Shown: piece after piece, positions 55,144-64,000 of the stretch | Numbering within the stretch: position 1 is the stretch's first letter | Layout of the letters: the number at the start of each line of letters is the position of its first letter | Source: the human T2T-CHM13v2.0 reference genome, Homo sapiens | Reading direction: 5' to 3' (one strand) | DNA: 64,000 nucleotides | Assembly: GCF_009914755.1 (NCBI RefSeq) | Contig: NC_060937.1 | Notes under the pieces: generated by a model | The model's input: the letters and a program-made list of their open reading frames with translations, nothing else | Told to the model about the DNA's origin: nothing | Databases searched by the model: none | Translations under genes and position numbers: made by a program

Positions 55144-55553
55144 TGTTGTTTAAGCAATTAAAATAGGGGGTCAGGCCTGAAAAATTCCTGAGCAAATACA
55201 ACCAGAGGTCTTAAAAATAGCCTTAATCTTGCTTAAATTGCCAACATAAGCAAAACTTAACTCAGGTCACTTCTGATAAATGCTTACATTAGAACTAAAA
55301 CTTAACCCCAGTGCATCGTAAGCAGCTAATGAACATAATTATGTGACTGGACTTTCCAAGAAAGTACCAAAGAAAAGGCCATTTTGTCATTGCAAACCGG
55401 TCAAATAATTTTATTTTACCTTAGCATTTTCCCAATAAATACTTGCCTCATTCTGTCATTGAGACACTAAACCTCTTGCAATCTGGTGTTCTCCATCCAT
55501 AAATTGTTTCTTACTCAAACTCTTTAAAATTTTATGCCTTAAATTTTAATGCA
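55144..55553 (+). mobile_element. ERV1-class solo LTR (subfamily uncertain)
   Basis: TG...CA ends, about 410 bp, 3' end ttgtttcttactcaaactctttaaaattttatgcc typical of MER4/MER34-group LTRs. Confidence 0.6.
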
Positions 55554-55966
55554 GTGATAGTTAATTTTATGTTGTTAACTTGGCTAGGCCATGGTACCTA
55601 GATATTTGCAAACACAAGTCTAGATGTTACTGTGAAGATGTTAAAATTAACATTTAATTAGTAGACACTGAGTAAAGCAGATTACTTTCCATAATGTGGG
55701 TGGGCCTTATCTAATCAGTTGAAGCACATAAGGCAAAACAGACTGAGGTCCCCCAAGAAAGGGAATTCTGCCTCCAGACTGTCTTTGGATTTGAGCTTCT
55801 TCCCTAGATCTCCAGCCTGCTGGCCTACCCTGCAGATTTTAGACTTGCCAGTGTCTATAACTACATGAGCTAATTCCTTAAAATATCTTAAGATTCTCTC
55901 TCTCTCTCTCTCTCCCCCCTCCCACTCCCTCTCCTGTTGGTTCTGTTTATCTGGAGAACCTTGACT
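55554..55966 (+). mobile_element. MLT2B-like ERVL LTR
   Basis: gtgatagttaattttatg...gagtaaagcagattactttccataatgtgggtgggcc...(TC)n...ttggttctgtttatctggagaaccttgact. Confidence 0.85.
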
Positions 55967-56987
55967 GTTGAGATAGAACTGATAGGACCTATAGAGAGAG
56001 AGATGTATAATAAGGGATTTATTAGGGGAATTGGCTCACTTGATTATGGAGGCTGAGAAGTTCCATGATAGGCCAGCCATCTGGAAGTTGGAGAACAAGA
56101 GAAGCTGATAGCAAGGCTCAATTCAAGTCTGAAGGCCTTAGAACCAAGAAAGTAGTAACTCTCACACCAAGCCCAAAGGCCCAGGAGCCTAGGGGCATTG
56201 CTGGTGTAAGTCTTGGAGTCCAAGGACAACAGAGTCTGGACTTCTGATATCCAACAGCAGAAGGAAAAGGCCATCCTGGCTCCCAGAAAGAGCGAGAATT
56301 CACCATTCCTTTGCCTTCTTTTTCCATCTGGGAACCCCAGCTGATTGGATAGTAACCACCCACATTGAAGGCAGATCTTCCCCATTCAGTCCACTGACTC
56401 AAGTGCTAATCTCTTCTGGAAACACCTTCACAGATTCCCCTGGGGGCAGGCCTATCATTCTAATCAAATGCCAAAACAGTCCATCTGGGTTTCCCTTTCA
56501 TCAGGAGAAGGACAAGCTCAGTGCCTACTGAAGCACTGAGAATAATTAATGCTTTACCAGCTATCTGGGTATCCCTTTGTTTTAGTCTATTCTCACGCTG
56601 CTACAAAGAATTGCTCGAGGCTGGGTAATTTAGAAAGGAAACAGGTTTAACTGACTCACAGTTCTGCATGGCTGGGGAGGCATCAGGAAACTTACAATCA
56701 TGACAGAAGGTAAAGGGGAAGCAAGGCATCTTCTTCACAAGGTGCAGGAGGGAAAATAAATGGAGGAACTACCAAATACTTATAAAACCATCAGATCTCG
56801 TGAGAACTCACTATCATGAGAATGGCATGGGAAAAACTGCCCTTATGATTCAATTCCCTCCATCTGGTCTCTCCCTTGACATGTGGGGATTATGGGGATT
56901 ACAATTCAAGATGAGATTTTGGGTGGGGACACAACCAAACCATATCATCCTTAGACCAGTCACACTGACACCCAATCAACCATCACA
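55967..56987 (-). mobile_element. MLT2C/D-like ERVL LTR, interrupted by THE1
   Basis: gaattggctcacttgattatggaggctgagaagttccatgataggcc; ends ccagtcacactgacacccaatcaaccatcaca. Confidence 0.8.
56578..56947 (-). mobile_element. THE1 (MaLR) solo LTR
   Basis: TG...CA ends, gggtggggacacaaccaaaccatatca terminus; TSD ccctt / tcctt. Confidence 0.9.
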
Positions 56988-57944
56988 ATAATCACAATTA
57001 ACTAATACGAAGACCCACAGATACTGTGAGACTAATATGACAGCCCTCCCATCACATTTATCACAATGAATTATAATTTTTGGATTCCTCTCTAATATGG
57101 TAAGCTTCATGTTCTGTCAAGCAGAGACCACGTACATCATGTTTGCAAACAAATATTGTACTGTGTCCAGCACAGTGACTACATTCTTGTTAAACAAATG
57201 AGTCAAAACTAAAGCTTCTCCAGCAGTGTCTTCATATAACCTAAGAAAATGACGGAACAGTCCCCCAACTAACTTATTGTTTACGATTTATTTGTACCTT
57301 TACTGAAGGTACCTTTAATATTGTAAGAAGGCACATATATTCATTCTTTCACAATAATAAACAAAATAGTAGAGATGAGACAAATCATGACACACGGGAG
57401 TGACACACAGAGTGGAGTTTTATGGAGTTGGAGAATAAGATGATTGTGAAATTGAGAATAACAAATTTGAAATTTTATAGGCTGCTTTAGAGCAGAAGTA
57501 TCAGATTTCAATTAAAAGTGTTTTTGAAGATGAACGTGGCATCAAAGTTTAGAATAGGAAAAAAGGCTATTGCTATTTGAATAGGTCAGTTAGACAGCAG
57601 TGGAAATATAAAAGTAGGGTTGGATGGAAGAAAAATGCAGAGAAAAAATTCCATCAATTAGATGAAATGGATAATGAGAAAAAAGATGCAGTCAACAATT
57701 ATAGGAATATTTTGAGCCTAGGTGTGGGGGAGACTGTAAGAACACTGACAGAATGTGGAGATTCAAGAGGGGAGCTGGTATATGTCTGCATGCTTAGGGA
57801 GTATAAAATGATAGTGACTTTACTTTGAGATATGCCAAGTTTGAGAAATGCCACATTCCTTCCTATGTTTTATGAATACAGAAAATCTAAGTTTGATAAA
57901 TGTTTCACCAAAGATCAATAGAGACTATCAAAGACTATCTCTAA

Positions 57945-60775
57945 TTTATTGTTCAGCGAGTATAATATATGGTAAAATGCACTGATTTTAGGTGTACAGT
58001 TCACTAGGCTTTGATAAATATACCTTCCCAAGTAACCTACACACAAGTCAAGATACAAAACATTTCCATCACCCCTGAAAGTTTCCTTCTAGTCAAGCCC
58101 CACTCAAATGTGAAATTTCAATGTCTATCACCATAAATGGCTTTGCCTATACTTGAACTCTGTATATAATCATACGGTATACCAGATAGCATATGTTCTT
58201 TTATGCCTGGTTCCTTTTGTTCAATGTAATGATTATAATTCTTGTTAAATCTTCCAGTAGTTAATTCATAAGTATTCAATTGTATAAACGACTAATAACC
58301 TACTACATATAATATTACATTATATGAATTTACCATAACTTATCCATTCTCCTGTCTATGGTCATTTGGCTTGATCCAGTATTTGGCTATTAATAAACAA
58401 AGCTATTAAAAACATTCTTCTCAGGGCTTTATGTTCTTATACAAAGCCATATATCCTTTCATTCTTAAGTAAATAGGTGTGAGGTTGCCAGGGCATTAAG
58501 TTTATAAGGAACCACTAGTTTTCAAAAAAATCCTGTAATATGTTATACCCTCAGGAGCACGGTACAAGAATTTCAGTATTACCACATCCTCACCAATGTT
58601 TGGTGAGCTCAGTCCTTTTATTTTTATCTTTTTCTTGTGGATGTGAAGTGGTACTTAAATTTGCATTTCCATCATGGCTAATGATGTCATTATTATGGCT
58701 TCAAATGTTTATTAAACATTCTTATCTTCTTTTGTGAAGGTTCTGTTTAAGTAATTTGCCAATTGGAAGAAAAATATTTTCTTTGTATTTTTTGAGTTGT
58801 AAAGCTTTGTTAAATATTCTAGATTCAATTCCTTTTCATACATATGTATTGCAAACTATTAATATTTGCCCTTTCTGTGGCTTGCCTATTAAAAATGTTT
58901 TTTTATAGGGAGCCTTTAATGTTTGTGGAGTATAGTTAACTGATTTTTTTCTATAATGTGAGTGCTTTTAGTATCCTAAGAAATAGTTATCATCTTTTGA
59001 CTTTTTCTAGAAATCTTATAAATTTTACTTTCATGTAAAGATCTAATTCAAAGTATATACTTTGAATCAATTTTTGTGTATGGTCTGAAGAAGGTGTTAA
59101 GGTTCATTCTGTTTCAATAATTGCTCTAGCAATTGGCTCTTTTTCTTTTTCTATTTTTTTTTTTAAGAGACTGTGTCTTACTCTGGTTGCCCAGGCTGGA
59201 GTGCAGTGGAACAATCATAGCTGACTGTAACCGAGTACCCCTGGGTTCAAGCAATCCTGCCTCAGCTTCCCAAGTAGCTGGAACTACTGATGTGCACCAC
59301 CATGCTCAGCTACTTTGACTATTTATTTAGAGATAGGGTCTCGCTATGTTGCCCAGGCTGGTCTTAGACTCCTAGGCTCAAGCAGTTCTCCCACCTCGGC
59401 CTCCCACAGTGTTGGGATTATAGGCATGAGTCACCACACCCAGCCTCCATTTCTTAATGAGCCTTTCTCCTATATGTAACAAAATTGCTTTGTTATTAAA
59501 TCAATTTACTGTATAAGTCTGTGTCTATTTCATGATAACATATTCTGTTCCATTGATCTATTTGTCTATCTTTGTCTAGTATCATATTTTCTTAACACTT
59601 TTATAGAAGTCTTGAAATCAGAAAGCTAGTCCCCCAACACTGTCATCTTTTTCTAAAATAATTTGACACTAATAAGTCCTTATAATTCTGTATAAATTTT
59701 AGAACCAATTTATTAATTTCCACCAAAAAAACATAAACTTTTGGGACTGTGTTAAATATACACATATTTTGAAATAAAAATCTTAATATAGAGTCTTCCA
59801 TTTGCAATTTCATTTACCAAATGTTTCTTACTGTATAGAAATAGCACTGATACTTTACATTTATCTTGCATCCTGAAACCTTGTAAATTCAAGAGATTTT
59901 TGCTAAGTTCAAATAGATCTTTTTTAGACTCCATAGGATTTTCTATACAATTTTTTAAGTAAATTTTTGACTTGCTGTCTCCAAATATTTTTATTATTCT
60001 TTTCCAATCTATATACTTTTTATTTATTTTACTGGCCTGACTGCATTGGTTAGGACCTCCAGTACAATGTTGAACTGGTGAGAGTGAACACCCACATCTC
60101 TTTTCCTGATTTGGAGGGAAAGTATTCACTGTTAACATCCTTAGTTGAAGGTTTTTCACAGATTCCCTTTAACAGATTAGGAAAGATACCTTTTATTCCT
60201 AGTCTGAGTTTTTATCATGATTAGAGGTTGAATTTTATTAAATGCTGTCTCTCTAACTAGTAAGATAACCTTTTTTTCTATTAATGTGGATTGATTTTGA
60301 ATATTAAAGAATGCATACATACTTGAAATTCATTTTTGTCAGGATATATTACTGTATGTTAATACATAATAACACATCACTGCAGTGATTATGTGTTATT
60401 TCCTAATTGTATGTTAAACATTTTTGTGTCTATGATCATAAGGCATATCGATGTGTGACTTTTTTAATAATGTCCTTATCAGGACTTGGTATTAGAATTA
60501 CAAAGCTCTCAAACAATGACTAGAAGTGTTCTCCCCACCTCTATTTCCCGTCTTTGTTTAAGACTGGTATTTCTTCTTAAATGTTTGAAGGAATTCATTA
60601 GTGAAAGCATCTGGATCTGGAGTGTTCTTTGTGGGAAGCCTCTGAATTATAAATTCAATTTAGTTAACAAATACAGAGCTATTCCCATTTTCTGTTTCTT
60701 CTAATATAAGATTTAGTAAATTTTATCTTATAAAAAAAACTTGTCCATTTCATCTAAGATAAGTTTGTTTCTTAT
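57945..60775 (-). mobile_element. Old L1M LINE-1 (3' UTR and ORF2)
   Basis: caagatacaaaacatttccatcacccctgaaagtttcc; taggacctccagtacaatgttgaa; ORF 59752-60159 gives a degenerate RT motif (RCGCSLSP). Confidence 0.85.
59140..59445 (-). mobile_element. AluJ
   Basis: J diagnostics (atcatagctgactg, gggtctcgctatgttgcccagg, ctcctaggctcaagc); diverged. Confidence 0.9.
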
Positions 60776-61084
60776 GGCTTCTCATACCCTATAATAATAA
60801 TTCCTTCACTTGACTAAACCATATATATTTCACTGGACCTCCTTTCTTGGTACATTAAACTCGCTGGTACTTTTTCCTCTTCTGAGAGCTTCTCCAGCCC
60901 TTACTGACATAATTTTGCACTGCCATGTGTTTTCAGTCATCTTTATTAGTTTGTTTTACCTTTGAAAAACAGATTATAGTGTCCTCAGAGGCGGAAATAT
61001 CTTAAACTTTCATTGTTCTCCATGGAATTTAGCATAGTCTGTTAACATTTTATATGTGTTTCTGAGATTATGGATTTGTTCACT

Positions 61085-62130
61085 GTTGGTTAGCTTGATA
61101 TCTATTACAGATGTGCTTGGAGCATCTTATAGTAATAACAGGAAGCATGAAAATGTTAGAAAATAATGATAATAATAACTAAGATTGGACACATCAAAGT
61201 AACAGAAGCCAACCTTAAAGCGCTTCCAATGGCCAAACTGCAACAATTTGAGAAACAATAAATAATAATACTGGACTATATACCTCAAAGAATAAAATAA
61301 TGATCCATGAGTTCATAATATTGTCAATAGTCAACTGAATGACTGAATCAATAAATGGGTGAGAAAAGTATCTTTCTTGCAGAATTCTAAATTTAAAAAA
61401 AAAGATGGAATGAGAGAAACAATAATTAGAACATCTAGTTAGAACTGCTACAGGCAAAACTCAATGATGAATACAAAAAAATGAGTGGCCAAAAGCCACT
61501 CATTTAACAAGGAGCAGGACAGTTAAAATGACTCAAAGTAGTATCCCTAACATATTAATTACTATGGTGGCTTTTAACATGTGTCTACAATTCTTTTATA
61601 TTCTTCCATCAGGAGATGGAACTTAATTTTTTTCCCCTTGACTGGATGATAGAATTAGTGACTTGCTTGAAACTAATATGGAAGAGGAAAGTAGTAATTG
61701 TGGAGAAACCTGGCAAGCACCACCTTAATCAAGTAATCAAGGTTCACACATCACCATTTAAAGTCATGTTGATATCATGTACCTTTGATATTATGATAAA
61801 TGTACTTTACCACTGTGGTATTTTTCCCTAATATCCCTAATGCTCTTCTAACTGTGATAACATATTAGGAAACTAATTAATATTCTATGAAATATCAGAC
61901 CTTTACTCTTAAATATTGTCAAGGTCATGAAAATCAAGGAAAACCTAAAACTGTCACAGATTGGTGGATACTAAAGAAATATGATCTCTGTGGTATCCTA
62001 GACTGGATCCTGGAACAAAAAAGGGACACAGTTGAAAAACTACTTAAAAAAAGAGTAAAGTATAGACTATAGTTAATTGTATTGTGTAAATGTTAATTTC
62101 TTAGTTTGATAAATATACTATATTTAGGGG
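61085..62130 (+). mobile_element. L1MC-type 3' region
   Basis: cttccaatggccaaactgcaacaatttgag; gtggagaaacctggcaagcaccaccttaatcaagtaatcaaggtt; ggatcctggaacaaaaaagggaca. Confidence 0.8.
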
Positions 62131-62239
62131 CAAGCAAGAGTAATTTGGAAACATCTTTGGTAACAGCTATAACCACTACTTCCAAAAAAGACACAGGTTG
62201 CCAATAGAAAAATTAATAATAAAGGTCAATATCCACAAT

Positions 62240-64000
62240 ACAAAGACCCTGGACACAAATCCACTTACTCACAGACACTGACACCCGGCCCACCCACAGC
62301 CCTCATCAACAGGGCCACCTGCAGACCCTGTCAAATGTCCTGCCCAGAATCTCTTTCCAGGATGACTTGTGGAGGGCTTTCCCTACCAAAACCAGTCTAT
62401 AAAGATGGAGAGAGGTGACTGCTTCTTCAAGTGCACAGACACCAACACAAAGATACAAGGATCACAAAGAATCAGGAAAATGACACCACCAAAAAGACAA
62501 AATAAAGCTCCAGTAACCAACCCTAAAGAAATGGAGACCTATAACTGCCAGAAAAAGAATTCAAACAATTATCTTAAAGAAGCTCAGTGAGCTACAAGAG
62601 AACAAATCAGGAAAATAAATGAACAAAATTAGAAGTTCAACAAAGAGATAGAAACCATAAAAAAGAACCAAATAGAAATTCTGGAGCTGCAGTTATTATG
62701 ACTGAACTAAAAAATTAAACGGTTTCAACAGCAGATTCAATCAAGCAGAAGAAAGAATAAACTCAAGGATATGTCATTTCGAATTATTAAAGAAGAAAGA
62801 AAAGTGTGAGGAAATTCCACTAGACTTAAGAGCAAGCAGACTAATCAGCAAGTAAGCTAATATATGGACTAGCAAGCAACATCAGCAAGCAAACTAATAT
62901 ATGCATTATGGGACACTCAGAAGAAGAGAAAAAGGAACAGAAAGCTTATTTAAAGAAATAATGGCTGAACTTTTTAAAACCTGAAGACGGAAATGGACAT
63001 TCAAATTCATGAGAGAACTCAAATAGGTGGAACCTAAAGAGTTCTAGGAGAAATTACTATTAAATTGTCAAAAGTCAAAGGCAATTTTGAAAGCAAGAGA
63101 AAAAGGACTCCTCACATATATAAATCTCCATACAACTATTAGCAGATTTTTCAGCAGAAATGTTGCAGGCAAGATGAGAGTGGGATGTTATATTCAAAGT
63201 GCTGAAAGAGAAAAAAAGTTGCCATCTAGAAATACTATATCTGGTAAAAATGTCCTTTAAAAATGCATGAGAGACAAAGATGTTCCAAGACAAATGAAAA
63301 CTAAGGAAGTATGTCAACACTGGGTCCTCCTTATAAGAAGTGTGAAAGGGAGTTCTTCAAGTTGTTACAAAAGGATACTAAACAGCAACATGAAAGTATA
63401 TGAAAATATAAATCTTGGCTGGTAAAGGTAAATACACAGACTAATACATAACAATGTATATTGTAATGAAGATGTATAAATTACTTATAATCCTAATATA
63501 AAGTAAAAAGATTAGTTTTAAGAATAACTATTACCAAAAATATTAATGCACAATATAAAAAGTAAACTATCACATCAATAACTGTGTAATAAACATAGTT
63601 TTTGTGTGTTATTGAAGATATGTTATCTTAAAATAGACTGTTATAAGAAGTTTTATGTACACCTCATGGTAATTACAAAAGTATAGTAGATACAAAAGAT
63701 AGAATAAAAGCTTATTACTACAAAAGCTCACATAATAAAACAGCAAAAAGGAAGAGGAACAAAAGAACTATAAAACAAGACAACTAACAATATAACAATA
63801 GTATTTTACTTATCAATAATTTAAGTGGATCAAACTCACCAAATAAATATAAAAATAAGATTCAACTATGTGTTGTCTACAAGAGAAGAACTTTAAATTT
63901 AAGGACACACAGACTGAAAGTAAAAGAATGAAAAAAAAATACTCAAAGCAAACAGTAAACAAAATAAAGCAGGGGTAGCTATTTTTGAAATATACAAAAT
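62240..64000 (+). mobile_element. L1M 5' region, decayed ORF1 and start of ORF2 (runs off the window)
   Basis: aatgacaccaccaaaa; aagaaccaaatagaaattctggagctg; gcagatttttcagcagaaa; endonuclease motif atgtgttgtctacaagaga (CCLQE). Confidence 0.88.

Noticed and set aside
59752-60159. 135-aa ORF with RT-like motif
   Set aside because: Frameshifted remnant of L1 ORF2, not an intact gene.

Overview
Primate (human-like) genomic DNA, AT-rich and CpG-depleted, with no CpG island, and intronic or intergenic in character. I find no credible protein-coding exon: the ORF-track entries are short and fall in Alu, L1, L2 or LTR sequence or look random. Roughly half the window is interspersed repeats: about 15 Alus, old L1M/HAL1 and L2 LINE fragments, MIRs, hAT MITEs (MER5, MER81), a full-length MaLR element and a nest of five LTRs. 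Repeat families were assigned from remembered consensus motifs, so subfamily names are approximate. The most notable items are an unidentified ~180-nt polyadenylated retrocopy with target-site duplication (17155-17335, minus), a BC200 (BCYRN1) retropseudogene head-to-head with an Alu, an L1 whose ORF2 carries a templated copy of its own 3' UTR next to a fold-back deletion junction, several other fold-back insertion scars, and a few candidate enhancer or cryptic-exon motifs. I cannot support a wholly new biological system from this sequence alone.
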